Source: a virus. From it: 64,000 nt of DNA. Numbering within the stretch: position 1 is the first letter of the stretch; each line of letters opens with the position of its first letter. Below, piece after piece: positions 18,998-29,661 of the stretch. The position numbers and the translations under genes are program-made. The notes below the pieces were generated by a model. That model ran no database searches. It saw only the letters and a program-made list of their open reading frames with translations, and had not been told where the DNA came from. Location: IMG/VR virus record IMGVR_UViG_3300035701_000011, positions 1 through 64,000 of that record; one strand, 5' to 3'.

Positions 18998-19567
18998 ATG
19001 AAAACTAAAATTTGTAGTAGATGTAAAAATAAATTATTTTTAAATCAATTCGGGAAGAATAATCTTATGGCAGATAAATTACAGAATTGGTGCAAAAATT
19101 GTAGACAAACTTATTGTAAAGTTTGGAGATTTAAAAATAAGAAAAAAATTAAAAAATATATTAAAACACATAAAAAAGAAATAAAATTATATATGGGAAA
19201 TTACAGAAGAAAAAATAAACAGAAAATAAAAAGATATACTTTGTCTGCAAGGGGAATTTATTTAATAATTAGAAATAGAGCAAAAAGATTTAAACAAAAA
19301 TTTAATATTACAAAAGCAGATTTTATTAAATGGTATAATTTTCAAGTCAAAAAATGTTATTATTGTGGTAGAACTTTAGAAGAAGTTAAAAAAGAAATAT
19401 ATTTTGCAAAATCAAATAGACTAACAGTTGATAGAAAAAATAATATTAGTGGATATACATTAAATAATATAGTTTTGGCTTGTATGAGATGTAATATAAT
19501 AAAATCTAATTTTTTTAATGAACAACAGATGAAAAAATTAGGTAAAATAATTAGAAAATTATCATAA
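18998..19567 (+). CDS. HNH-type homing endonuclease
   Basis: CSRC..CKNC zinc motif; CYYCG...LTVDRKNN..GY...N.VLAC.RCN..K. Confidence 0.8.
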   Translation: MKTKICSRCKNKLFLNQFGKNNLMADKLQNWCKNCRQTYCKVWRFKNKKKIKKYIKTHKKEIKLYMGNYRRKNKQKIKRYTLSARGIYLIIRNRAKRFKQKFNITKADFIKWYNFQVKKCYYCGRTLEEVKKEIYFAKSNRLTVDRKNNISGYTLNNIVLACMRCNIIKSNFFNEQQMKKLGKIIRKLS

Positions 19568-19591
19568 CCAAATAAAATAAAGAGAAAAATA

Positions 19592-20164
19592 ATGGACAAT
19601 CTTCCAGAATTTAAAGAATTTAAAAAGATACCAAGATTAAGTAGAGAAATTGTAATCACAGAAAAAATTGATGGTACTAATGGTTTAATTTATATTGATG
19701 AATTGGGTAATTTTTTTGTAGGTAGCAAAAATCGTTGGCTTGATGACCACCAAGATAATCATGGATTTTGGCATTGGGCTGTGGATAATAAAGAAGAATT
19801 ATTAAACCTAGGTAAAGGTTATCATTATGGTGAGTGGTGGGGTAAAGGAATACAAAGAGGATATAATCTACAAGAAAAAAGATTTAGTTTATTTAATGTT
19901 GGTAAATGGGTTAAAGATAGAACTCAAACTTTAAAAGAAAAACAAGAATACTGCCCAGAATGTTGTAATGTTGTGCCAATTCTTTATGAAGGAATGTTTA
20001 ATACTTCTATTATATCAAGTGTATTAGATGAATTAAAAATTACAGGAAGTAAAGCATCTCCAAATTTTATGAAACCAGAAGGAATAATAATTTATCATAA
20101 GGTAGGTAATTTATATTTTAAAAAGACAATAGAAAATGATGAGAAAGGTAAAACTAATGAATAA
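19592..20164 (+). CDS. RNA ligase (Rnl2-like)
   Basis: ITEKIDGTN motif I, YGEWWGKGIQ, PEGIII. Confidence 0.85.
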   Translation: MDNLPEFKEFKKIPRLSREIVITEKIDGTNGLIYIDELGNFFVGSKNRWLDDHQDNHGFWHWAVDNKEELLNLGKGYHYGEWWGKGIQRGYNLQEKRFSLFNVGKWVKDRTQTLKEKQEYCPECCNVVPILYEGMFNTSIISSVLDELKITGSKASPNFMKPEGIIIYHKVGNLYFKKTIENDEKGKTNE

Positions 20165-20423
20165 TACCTGGACAATGAGTATAGAAGATTACCTAACAAT
20201 AATGGAAGAAGCAATTAAACTCGGTAAATCAAGAGGAAAAATAGAAGGAGATAATCTTGAACAAGAATTTTTTGAAGTAGCAGAAAAGAAAGGAATGACT
20301 AATAAAATAAAGCATTTAGGCATAACAGAAATGGATAAAGATTTGTTAGTAGGAAATTTGAGAGAAGAAGGACTAAAAATTCTTAATTTAGGAGAGAAAA
20401 GAAATGTTATGCCCTCAAAATAA
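20136..20423 (+). CDS. Hypothetical protein
   Basis: Overlapping ORF. Confidence 0.55.
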   Translation: MMRKVKLMNNTWTMSIEDYLTIMEEAIKLGKSRGKIEGDNLEQEFFEVAEKKGMTNKIKHLGITEMDKDLLVGNLREEGLKILNLGEKRNVMPSK

Positions 20424-20733
20424 TAATAAAGATTTTGATGATTTAGATTGTAGAGATTGTAAGTGGTTTTTTCAATGTTTTAAAATGTGGCAAAATGGAA
20501 ATATTTGGGGAAAAGATAAAACGATAGGAGATAATTATCCTGTTATTCCAAAAGAAAAAAAATCTCCAACAGATACAGAAAAAACAATAATAAATGCTTT
20601 AGCACAGGAAATTAAGGATTATGGTGAAGAAAGAGTTTGGAATAATTTGAATACAATACCAATAGATAAAAGATTAGATTATTTAGAATTATTTTTATCT
20701 GCAAAACATTTATTAGAAACAGGAGAATATTAA
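20404..20733 (+). CDS. Hypothetical protein with Cys cluster
   Basis: CRDC..C; C-terminus similar to ORF 10913. Confidence 0.6.
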   Translation: MLCPQNNNKDFDDLDCRDCKWFFQCFKMWQNGNIWGKDKTIGDNYPVIPKEKKSPTDTEKTIINALAQEIKDYGEERVWNNLNTIPIDKRLDYLELFLSAKHLLETGEY

Positions 20734-21198
20734 TGGTATGCAAATTATGTAAAAAAAATGAAGTTAATGACCTAAACCCAAAAATTCATATCTGTTCATT
20801 ATGTAGAATGGAGATAGAGTTAAGTTTTCAATATTTTATTGATGGTAAAGAAGTAACCAAAGAAACTTATGATAAGAGGATAGAAAATGCTTTTTAATTT
20901 ATTAATGGGTATCTATTGTTTTTATTGTAAGAGTTACAAAGACCCCTATACAGAAGTTTATCTGAATGTTTTATATGAAGGTAGTATCACTTGTGAGAAA
21001 GACCATTTATGCGGAAATATAGCAGACCCACAATGGCAAAAATTTACAGGTGAAGAATGATTTGTTCTTATTTTTATTTCTATCACGATGAATTAATCTG
21101 TAAATGTACACAAGAAGAAAGTAAATGTTGTGCAATTTTGGAACAATGTGAAAATAAATTAGCCAAAGAGAGTTATTTACAAGATTTAAAGGAAAACA

Positions 21199-21909
21199 AT
21201 GACAAATCTAACTGAATTAGTAAAAGAGTATAAGCAAACCAAGAATAAACTTATTATAGATAAGATTTATTTGGAATTAAAATCTACAATTCAGCAAAAA
21301 GCAAGATTTATTTATTATGCCAAGTGGTATCCACTTAATCTTTATCATAATTGTAAATTTTGCAGAAACTGTGATAAATTAAATAATGTGCCAAAGAGTG
21401 AACATATTATTATTTGTAAAGATTGTGATATTTGTAAATGTATTAAAGGATTTTTTAATTTAAGAAAAAATAATTTATGCGAGTATGAAGATGTTGAAAA
21501 TGATATTTGGTTAGAAATTATGAGAACAATTGAAAATTTTGACATAACAAAAGATTTTAATACTTATTTATTTAGTTGTTTATGGGAATTTGTGCCTTCG
21601 TTTATAACGAAAAATTTCGTTAAATCTCTTTCAAATAAATCATTAACTAAAATAGATGAAGAAGGAAATGAAACTGAAATGGAAATTCCAGATGAACAAG
21701 ATAAAAAAACAGAGCCAAAAATATCTATAGAAGAAATCTTTGAGATTTGTAAAGATAATTTCGAAAAAAAGATACTTACCTTAATTTTACAGGGTAAACC
21801 GGTTAATAGGACTGTTATAGCAAAAGAATTGAATGTAAGTCCTCAATATATCTCATTGATATTAAAAGACTTACGAAAACGTCTAAAAAAATTCCTTTCA
21901 AAAATCTAA
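21199..21909 (+). CDS. Phage sigma70-family factor with Cys-rich insertion
   Basis: YEDVENDIWLEIMRTIENFD...FNTYL (region 2); C-terminal HTH IAKELNVSPQYIS. Confidence 0.75.
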   Translation: MTNLTELVKEYKQTKNKLIIDKIYLELKSTIQQKARFIYYAKWYPLNLYHNCKFCRNCDKLNNVPKSEHIIICKDCDICKCIKGFFNLRKNNLCEYEDVENDIWLEIMRTIENFDITKDFNTYLFSCLWEFVPSFITKNFVKSLSNKSLTKIDEEGNETEMEIPDEQDKKTEPKISIEEIFEICKDNFEKKILTLILQGKPVNRTVIAKELNVSPQYISLILKDLRKRLKKFLSKI

Positions 21910-21945
21910 ATTTGGAGTATACTTAATAGTAGAAAGGCAAAGACA

Positions 21946-22248
21946 ATGAGAAAAGCGAAAAAGAGCACAAAAGAGATAATTTCAGAGATAGAATTTTTTC
22001 CCATTATTCCAAAGAATGGAGTTATTGCTTTTGTTTCTTTTACCTATCAAAATTCCTTACGAATACAGGACTGTGCGATATTAACTCGACCTACGGGTGG
22101 TTATCGTTTGTCTTTTCCTATTAAAAAATTAGCAAACGGAAAAACTATTCAATCAGTTTATCCCATAAATAAAAAATTAGGCACACAAATAGAAGAAATC
22201 CTCTTAATAAATTTTGAGGATTTTTTATTAAGAAAAGTTAAAGATTAA
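21946..22248 (+). CDS. SpoVG-like nucleic-acid-binding protein
   Basis: GVIAFVSFTY...IQDCAI...YRLSFP...VYPIN. Confidence 0.7.
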   Translation: MRKAKKSTKEIISEIEFFPIIPKNGVIAFVSFTYQNSLRIQDCAILTRPTGGYRLSFPIKKLANGKTIQSVYPINKKLGTQIEEILLINFEDFLLRKVKD

Positions 22249-22307
22249 ATCAGTAATTATGTTATACTTATAATGAAAGACGAAAAAGAGTTAAAGGAGA
22301 AAATGAG

Positions 22308-23393
22308 ATGAAAAATTGGACAAAAGAAGAAATTAAGTTAGTAGGAAAATTAAAAGCAGAAGGCAAATCTATTCAAGAGATTGCAGATATTCTTTCTAAA
22401 TCTTATGATAGTGTTGCCCATAAGTATCGTCATTCTCAAGTGGAAGCACCAATAAAAGAAAATAAAATATCAACCCAATCTAAAAAAGATAAAATAAATT
22501 TATCTGCTCTCATTATCCAGACCTTGAAAGATGAGTTGATAAATGTTGAACCTTATAAGGCTTCTACACAAAGTAAAGTAGATGTTAAGGGGGATACATT
22601 AGTTTTACTTCTTTCAGATTTTCACGCTGGGAAAGAAGTTAAAAATCAAGAAGGAGAAATAATTTATAATGAACAAATTTTTAAGAATAGAATTAATCGT
22701 CTATGTGAACAAACACTCAAACTTTTAGATAATAATATAAGTAAGGGAGTTCCAATCAGGGATGTAGTTTTACTTTTATGTGGAGATTTGTGTAATGGAG
22801 AAAATATATATCTTACCCAAGTTTTTGAACAAGAAACTGCCCCTCCTAAGCAAGTTATGCTTGTTGTTGAAGTTCTTACAAAATTAATAACATCTTTATT
22901 AAAAAGAAATTTATCTGTTAAAGTATATGGAGTCAGGGGGAATCATGGTCGCACAGCAAAAGAAGATAATCCAATTTCAAATTGGGATATTATGATTTTT
23001 GAAATACTGGATTTTTGGAGTAAATTAGTTTTAAAAAATTCAAAATTACAGATTAAATTTGCAGAAACCGAGCACATGGTATTTGATATTAGAGGGCACA
23101 AATTTATGATGCGACATTTAGCCCCTGAACAAGTAGACTCTCCTGCTGGTCGGGTAAAAATAAACGAATGGGCAAGACAATATGATGTTGAAGGAATAAT
23201 TTACGGACATTATCACCATGCTGCTATTAGTGATTGTGATAATATTAGGGTAATTAGAGGTGGTTCGACAGTTGGTGGCGATTCTTTAAGCGATAGCATG
23301 GCAAAACATTCAGAACCAATTCAAATTTGCTTCGGAGTAAATGAACAACGTGTTACCAGTTTTATATACTTCGTTGATTTGGGAGTTAAGTAA
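22308..23393 (+). CDS. HTH plus calcineurin-like metallophosphoesterase
   Basis: SDFHAG, GDL, GNHG, GHYH; N-terminal WT.EE HTH. Confidence 0.85.
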   Translation: MKNWTKEEIKLVGKLKAEGKSIQEIADILSKSYDSVAHKYRHSQVEAPIKENKISTQSKKDKINLSALIIQTLKDELINVEPYKASTQSKVDVKGDTLVLLLSDFHAGKEVKNQEGEIIYNEQIFKNRINRLCEQTLKLLDNNISKGVPIRDVVLLLCGDLCNGENIYLTQVFEQETAPPKQVMLVVEVLTKLITSLLKRNLSVKVYGVRGNHGRTAKEDNPISNWDIMIFEILDFWSKLVLKNSKLQIKFAETEHMVFDIRGHKFMMRHLAPEQVDSPAGRVKINEWARQYDVEGIIYGHYHHAAISDCDNIRVIRGGSTVGGDSLSDSMAKHSEPIQICFGVNEQRVTSFIYFVDLGVK

Positions 23394-23394
23394 A

Positions 23395-24045
23395 ATGAAT
23401 ATCAAAATTTGTAAAAATCCAAAATGTAATAAAGAATTTGAATCTTTTAAAGGTTCTAATAAAAAATATTGTTCTGATTTGTGTCGCAAACAAAATTTTA
23501 AGAAGTATTTTTGTAAATGTGGTAAAGAAATAACTATACATATAAAACAATGTCAAAAATGTTATTGGGATTATATTAGAAAATATCCAGAATTTCATCC
23601 CCAATATAAACATGGAAAAACTAAAAATAATGAATGTATTGATTGTCATAAACATATAACTTTTTATGGAATCAGATGTCATTCTTGTGCCGAAAAATTA
23701 AAAATAGGAGAATTAGCACCAGGTTATATACATGGAAAAGGTTACGAATCGTATCCCGTAGAATTTAATGATAAACTTAGAGAAACAATCCGTAAACGAG
23801 ATAATTATGAATGTCAGAACTGTGGTATGACCGAAGAAGAGCATTTAATAGTTCGGGGAAGAATTTTAGATATTCATCACATAGATTATAATAAAGAAAA
23901 TATAAACGAGAGTAATTTAATTACATTATGTAATTCTTGTAATGTCAGAGCTAACTTTAATGCTTCTTATTGGCAAGAATTTTATACAAATAAGATTAAA
24001 ATAATAATTAATCGAGGCGTAGATGTCAATTATCTGCCGAAATAA
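23395..24045 (+). CDS. HNH endonuclease
   Basis: IRKRDNYECQNCG...IHHIDYNKEN...NLITLCNSCN. Confidence 0.88.
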   Translation: MNIKICKNPKCNKEFESFKGSNKKYCSDLCRKQNFKKYFCKCGKEITIHIKQCQKCYWDYIRKYPEFHPQYKHGKTKNNECIDCHKHITFYGIRCHSCAEKLKIGELAPGYIHGKGYESYPVEFNDKLRETIRKRDNYECQNCGMTEEEHLIVRGRILDIHHIDYNKENINESNLITLCNSCNVRANFNASYWQEFYTNKIKIIINRGVDVNYLPK

Positions 24046-24113
24046 AGATAAAGGTGAAGTTAATAAATCAAGAGATAATTCTCTACGCCTCAACTTTTAA
24101 ATTAGGAGATTAA

Positions 24114-24305
24114 ATGAAGAAAAGAAGTTCTTCTTGTTATCAGAATAAAATTAAAAAGATTACTGAATGGTATAATGATTTGCAAGAAGCAAGAAAAGAC
24201 CCCAAAGGAGATAATTTAATTAATCCGAATACGAAGGCGGAACCAAAAAAAAGAGAATTAAAACCCCTCGAATATTATTTAGATTTATTAAAAAAGGAAA
24301 AATAA
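24114..24305 (+). CDS. Hypothetical protein
   Basis: RBS AGGAG. Confidence 0.6.
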   Translation: MKKRSSSCYQNKIKKITEWYNDLQEARKDPKGDNLINPNTKAEPKKRELKPLEYYLDLLKKEK

Positions 24306-24344
24306 AATGAGTCAAAAAACTTTAGAAATTATAATAGTAATAAT

Positions 24345-25217
24345 TTGTTTAGGATATTTAATCTATTTAGGAAGAAAGAATTTAAAGGAGAAGAAGAAAT
24401 GAATGAATTATTAAAAGATGGTTTAATGATTTTATCAGGATTAATTGGAGGTTATTTACTTATTTTAATTAGAAATAAAATTTTTAAAACTACAAAACAA
24501 GAAGTAATTAAAATAATTCCTGAAGAAGAAAAAATTAAATTATTAGACTTATATAATAAAGGTTTAGTTACTTTATCTCATTTAAAAAGTTTAGGAATAG
24601 AAGTAGAAAAAAAAATAGAAGGCAAAATAGAAGCATTTAGCGGAGAAAAATTAGCAACAGGTATGTTAAAAGTAAATAATGGGGTATTATGGGCTAAAGA
24701 TATTGCTTCTATTTTTAATTTGAGAAAATTAATTATAATAGGAGTAATAATTGGTTGTATTTATGGTTATGGTTGGTATAGAGGAACACAAGGAAAACCT
24801 GTTCATTTTGATATGAGAGGAAAAGAAGCATTAATACAATTAAATGAACATTATTTAAAAATTGATAAAGACGGAACTGCTAATGTAGTAGATAAAGATG
24901 GAAAAATACTTAAAACAATTAAAGTAAAAGATATAGATGCTCTACGAAGGGCATTACGACCCTATGGATTTATTCTTGAACCAATTGTAGTAGCAGGGGG
25001 TAGTTTAGGTGAGAGTGGAGCTGGAGTTGAGGCAGGAGCAGGAATTTCTTGGTTTAAATGGTATAAAACTAAGTTAGATTCTTTTTTAACAAGCAAGGGA
25101 TTCTATCCATTAGGATTATCTTATTCTATTACAGATAATTCTGGCATAGGATTGGGTGCTGGTATCGGATTTAAAGGAGATAAAAGAATTATATTATATT
25201 ATAAGTGGAGATTTTAA
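24345..25217 (+). CDS. Membrane protein with Gly-rich beta-type C-terminus
   Basis: Two hydrophobic segments; ends YYKWRF. Confidence 0.55.
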   Translation: MFRIFNLFRKKEFKGEEEMNELLKDGLMILSGLIGGYLLILIRNKIFKTTKQEVIKIIPEEEKIKLLDLYNKGLVTLSHLKSLGIEVEKKIEGKIEAFSGEKLATGMLKVNNGVLWAKDIASIFNLRKLIIIGVIIGCIYGYGWYRGTQGKPVHFDMRGKEALIQLNEHYLKIDKDGTANVVDKDGKILKTIKVKDIDALRRALRPYGFILEPIVVAGGSLGESGAGVEAGAGISWFKWYKTKLDSFLTSKGFYPLGLSYSITDNSGIGLGAGIGFKGDKRIILYYKWRF

Positions 25218-25384
25218 TAAGGAATAATAATGCCTATTTTTAAAAGATGTGCGGTATGTGGTTTGAATTTACCTATAAGTGTTATGCAACCAATTCAGGT
25301 CAAACATCAAGATAAAATTATAACAGTAGGAATTTGTAATATTTGTAAAAAAATTAAGGAAGAAGAAACCAAAAAGGAAAACTA

Positions 25385-25771
25385 ATGAACCAACTCATTA
25401 AATTACATTTGGGTTTGATTAAATATTTAAAAATAGAATTAAGAAAGAAAAGAACATTAAAAGAATTAATTTTATTCTTTGCAAATATAATTAAACTTTA
25501 TTTAAAAGAGTTAATAAGATTATATAAAACTTTATTTTTGGTATTCGATAAAGATTATCAAAAACAACAACAAGAATATAAAAAATATCAACAAGCAAAA
25601 AAAGAAATCGTAGGACTAATTAAATTATTAAGATATTCTAAAGAAAAATTAAGAAAAGCAGGAATATCAAGACAAAGAATTAAAAGATTTTTTATTGATT
25701 TAGGTAGTAGAGATGACAATGCACTTCAAATTTTATGTGATGAATTAATGAAAGAAATAGGAGGAAAATAA
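25385..25771 (+). CDS. Hypothetical protein
   Basis: ORF in operon. Confidence 0.6.
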   Translation: MNQLIKLHLGLIKYLKIELRKKRTLKELILFFANIIKLYLKELIRLYKTLFLVFDKDYQKQQQEYKKYQQAKKEIVGLIKLLRYSKEKLRKAGISRQRIKRFFIDLGSRDDNALQILCDELMKEIGGK

Positions 25772-25772
25772 A

Positions 25773-26039
25773 ATGCCCTATATTAATCAAACACAAAGAA
25801 ATAAATATGATATAATAATGAGAGCAATTAAATCTTCTACTGGAATAGAAACAAAAGGAGATTTAGAATATTTAGTATTTGCTCTTATGAGAAAATTTAT
25901 GTCTACCAGAGAAAATCGATATTCAACTTTGCATGAAGTAGTTTATGCTGTTATGCATTGTGCTGATGAATATCGAAGACGTTATTTAGATAAAAGAGAA
26001 GATGAAGCAAGAGAAACTAATGGAGATATAGAAGTATGA
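25773..26039 (+). CDS. Conserved phage protein (MPYI...G.L.Y...EYRRR..YED...NGDI type)
   Basis: Recognisable motif of an uncharacterised phage family. Confidence 0.7.
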   Translation: MPYINQTQRNKYDIIMRAIKSSTGIETKGDLEYLVFALMRKFMSTRENRYSTLHEVVYAVMHCADEYRRRYLDKREDEARETNGDIEV

Positions 26040-26561
26040 AAGCATTAAAAATATCTCTTGTAATCGATTCAGTATGTAAAGAATTAGGAATACCTTATTG
26101 CTCTATTAATCCTCATTTAGTTACTTTAGATGAAGATGTAAGAAAAATGAGTAGTATTTATTTACAATTAAAACAAATTATAGGAACATTATTAGAAATA
26201 GAAGATAGACATGATTTACAAAATCTGAGAAGAAATATGGAAAAAATTATTAAAGAACTTAATGAGGCAGACCATGAAGTTATTAAATTGGCAAGACAAT
26301 TAGTAGAAAAAGAAGATGATTAAATATTTATTGATTTTTATATTTGGTGTAATAGAAACTTATATTTATACTGGATGGGCATTAACTGCTACACAAAAAA
26401 AGAAATGGGTTTCTTCTATACTTATGTTTTTATATATGACAATTTATCTTTTTATTTTGGATAGTGCATTTAAAGATACAAATTCTAAATTAATGATAAT
26501 AACTTATGCTACATCTTGCGGAGTTGGTAATTTTATTAGAGTTAGACAAGAAAAAAAATGA
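26036..26561 (+). CDS. Two small ORFs (26036-26323 coiled-coil; 26316-26561 three-TM membrane protein)
   Basis: Overlapping starts and stops. Confidence 0.6.
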
Positions 26562-27244
26562 AAAAAAATAATAAAAAAGAAATTAGATTAATAGATATTA
26601 CTAAGATAAGATTTGCTGTGGAAATTGAAGTAGAATTTCCTCATTCAAAAGATAGCCAAAAATTAATTGATAGACATAGAGTATTAAATGGTTGGGAAAT
26701 CGATTGTGATGGTTCATTAGATAATGGTGCAGAATATAGACCAAAAGATGGAAATCATCTTTATTATAATGAAGAATCTTTAACTCAATTGAAAGAAATG
26801 TTAGCACTTATTAGAGTACATAGAGGAAAAGTAATGAAATCATGTGGATTACATATTCATATAAATTGTAAGAATTTTACAGATAAACAGATTTTATTTA
26901 TTATAAAAGAATTTATCGCATGTCAAAAATACATTATTAAAACTTTTGAAGTTCATCCAGATAGGTTAGCAGATACTTGTAAATTATTACCAAGAGAAAA
27001 TTTAAATAAATTAACAGAAAAACAGATACACAATTTTAGAAAACAAACTCAAGAATGGTCTTATGATGGTTATAATGGACTTCTTGATGAAAAATATCAG
27101 GCTTTAAATGTGAGTCATCTTAGACAAGGAGACTATGGTACTCTGGAATTTAGATTATTCGATGCCACACTTTCTTATAAGAAATTAGTGGCTCAAATAA
27201 AATGGACATTAGAATTTATTAAGAGGAGCATTGAACGTGAGTAA
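26558..27244 (+). CDS. Putative amidoligase (COOH-NH2 ligase family)
   Basis: FAVEIEVE, DGSL..GAE, SCGLHIH, KYQALN, GTLEFRLF. Confidence 0.85.
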   Translation: MKKNNKKEIRLIDITKIRFAVEIEVEFPHSKDSQKLIDRHRVLNGWEIDCDGSLDNGAEYRPKDGNHLYYNEESLTQLKEMLALIRVHRGKVMKSCGLHIHINCKNFTDKQILFIIKEFIACQKYIIKTFEVHPDRLADTCKLLPRENLNKLTEKQIHNFRKQTQEWSYDGYNGLLDEKYQALNVSHLRQGDYGTLEFRLFDATLSYKKLVAQIKWTLEFIKRSIERE

Positions 27245-27245
27245 A

Positions 27246-27743
27246 ATGAATAAGAAAGATAAGAAAAAGAGAAATATTTATTTAAAAATTTGGAGATTAA
27301 AAAATCAGCAAAAATTATTATTATATTTTAGAAAATATAGAGCCAAACATCAAATAGAATTGAGAGAATATCAAAGAAAATATAGATTAACACATAAAAA
27401 AGAATTAAATTTAAAATTAAAAATGCGATTAAAAAATAATATTAATCTTAGACTTTCAAGTCAAATAAGAAAACGAATATATGAAGTTTTAAAAGGAAAC
27501 CCAAAAGCAGAAACTACAATGAAATTAGTAGGATACTCTATTGAACAATTAAAACAACATTTAGAGAAACAATTTAAATTAGATATGTCTTGGGATAACT
27601 ACGGAAAATGGCATATAGACCATATAAGACCTTGTGCGAGTTTTGATTTAAGTAAAGCAGAAGAACAGAAAAAGTGTTTTCATTACACAAATCTACAACC
27701 CCTTTGGGCTAAAGAAAATCAAATTAAAGGAACAAATGCGTGA
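27246..27743 (+). CDS. HNH endonuclease (WHIDHIRPCASFDL family)
   Basis: WHIDHIRPCASFDLS..EQKKCFHYTNLQPLWA.EN..K. Confidence 0.88.
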   Translation: MNKKDKKKRNIYLKIWRLKNQQKLLLYFRKYRAKHQIELREYQRKYRLTHKKELNLKLKMRLKNNINLRLSSQIRKRIYEVLKGNPKAETTMKLVGYSIEQLKQHLEKQFKLDMSWDNYGKWHIDHIRPCASFDLSKAEEQKKCFHYTNLQPLWAKENQIKGTNA

Positions 27744-28476
27744 AATTAGAAGTTATTCAAAATTAGTGAATGAAATTATCAATCTTAATATTTCTTTTAG
27801 GATTGAAATAATAGGATATGTTATTTATTTTGAAAAAATATATCCGATAATAGCTTTAAAATATAATTCAAAAATGAATAATAAAACTATAATATTTTTA
27901 AGTGGAAATCACGGAGATGAACCATATGCAATTACCACACTTTTAAAATGGTTAAAACAACCAATTATGTTTCCCGATTTTAATTATTATATTTTTCCAA
28001 TTATTAATCCATTTGGATATTCTACAGGTAGAAGAACCAACGGAAATCGTCAAGATTGTAATAACGATGCTAATTTTATTAAGGATTCTAAAGTATCAGA
28101 ATTATCAATTTTGTTTGAACAATTTCCGCAAACAGCAAGTATGATATTAGATATTCATGGAGATACAGGAAAGTCAGAAGTATATTGTTATGAACATAAA
28201 TCAGATAATCTTCCTTCAATTGCAGAAAAAGCATTAATAGAAAATGATAATTTATTACCTTATTTAAAAACAAAAACAATTTATAAGGTTCCTGTAAATA
28301 ACGGTATAATAATTCCTCCAAAAGAAGATATAGGTATTGAAGGATTTTTAGAAAAATTAGGAATACAATATTCTCTTACTTTAGAATTGCCTGGAAAGTT
28401 TGATGGACAAAAACGAGCCGAAGGTGGTATAGCAATTATAAATTCGATTATTCGTAATTTTAAAGAGGTTAAATAA
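27736..28476 (+). CDS. M14-like zinc carboxypeptidase / succinylglutamate desuccinylase family
   Basis: GNHGDE, NPFGY...R.N, LDIH, TLELP. Confidence 0.85.
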   Translation: MREIRSYSKLVNEIINLNISFRIEIIGYVIYFEKIYPIIALKYNSKMNNKTIIFLSGNHGDEPYAITTLLKWLKQPIMFPDFNYYIFPIINPFGYSTGRRTNGNRQDCNNDANFIKDSKVSELSILFEQFPQTASMILDIHGDTGKSEVYCYEHKSDNLPSIAEKALIENDNLLPYLKTKTIYKVPVNNGIIIPPKEDIGIEGFLEKLGIQYSLTLELPGKFDGQKRAEGGIAIINSIIRNFKEVK

Positions 28477-28809
28477 TGATTTATTGTTGGGTAAGAGATT
28501 ATTATGTAGAACAAGATGAATGTTGTGTTTTATGTAAGAATTACGATGAACAAACAGATAGTTGTAAAGAGGAGAAGAAGAAATGAAAAAAGATACCGAA
28601 TGTATTGAATGTGGCGGTATAGCGGAAATAAATTATTACTGTGATACTTGTAGGGATAATTTAATTACAAAATTTTTAGGAGTTCCTATTACAGTTACAT
28701 TTTCTTACGGAAGTAATTTAGATGGAGAAGAATATCATTTTTGTGGTTATAAATGTTTATTAGATTTTATTGTAAACGAATTAAAAAAAATTAAAAAGGA
28801 AGCAACTAA

Positions 28810-29661
28810 ATGAAAGAAAAAACATTCGTAAAAGATTTAATCGAAAGTATAGTATTGGGTATTGTTATAGGTATACTAATTATTTTTGGTATTGTACAAT
28901 ATCAAAATAAAAATGCTACTAAATTAGCAATAAAAGAATTACAAAATCAAATTATCGATATACAAGAAGCATATAATAATCTTCTTGATAATGATATAGA
29001 ATTAACTAAAGAAATTCAAGAAATAAATAGAAATATTCAAAAAGAACCAAATATAAAACAATTACTAAATAGTAGTGTATTTGTAAAGTCTGAGTTTGGA
29101 TTGGGTGCAGGAACTGTTATTAAAAAAACCGAAACGGAAATGTATGTTTTGACTTGTTATCATGTTGTGGCTGAAATAATAGAAATGAATAAAAAAGGAT
29201 ATAATACCAAACCTTCAGTCGGATACACTAAAATAGATAATTTAAATAGAATTGCAGGAATGGTTGTTTATGGAGCAAAAATAATTAAATATGATGAAGA
29301 TAATGATTTGGCTCTTTTAAAAATAAATGTTATTGATGATAATTTAGAAGTAGTTTCTATAGCAGAAATTTATCCAGAACAAGGAGAAACAATTTATTCT
29401 GTAGGAAATCCATTAGGATTTTTAAGAACTATTTCTAAAGGAATTCTAAGTAGGATAACTGAAAAATTTTATATTTCGGACAATACAACGACCTATGGAA
29501 ATTCTGGAGGGGGTTTGTTTAATAAAGATGGAGAATTAATAGGTATTCCTGTTCAACTTGGTTATATTTATAATTTAGAAGGTTCTCTTTCTCCCGAAAC
29601 AAGTTTAGGAAAATCAGTTAAGTTATCAATTATTAAAGATTTTTTAGAAGGAGCATTTTAA
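28810..29661 (+). CDS. Membrane-anchored trypsin-like serine protease
   Basis: N-terminal TM plus coiled coil; LTCYHV, DLALL, GNSGGG. Confidence 0.9.
   Translation: MKEKTFVKDLIESIVLGIVIGILIIFGIVQYQNKNATKLAIKELQNQIIDIQEAYNNLLDNDIELTKEIQEINRNIQKEPNIKQLLNSSVFVKSEFGLGAGTVIKKTETEMYVLTCYHVVAEIIEMNKKGYNTKPSVGYTKIDNLNRIAGMVVYGAKIIKYDEDNDLALLKINVIDDNLEVVSIAEIYPEQGETIYSVGNPLGFLRTISKGILSRITEKFYISDNTTTYGNSGGGLFNKDGELIGIPVQLGYIYNLEGSLSPETSLGKSVKLSIIKDFLEGAF

Noticed and set aside
24014-24091. tRNA gene
   Set aside because: No T-loop (TTCGA) or cloverleaf; simple long stem
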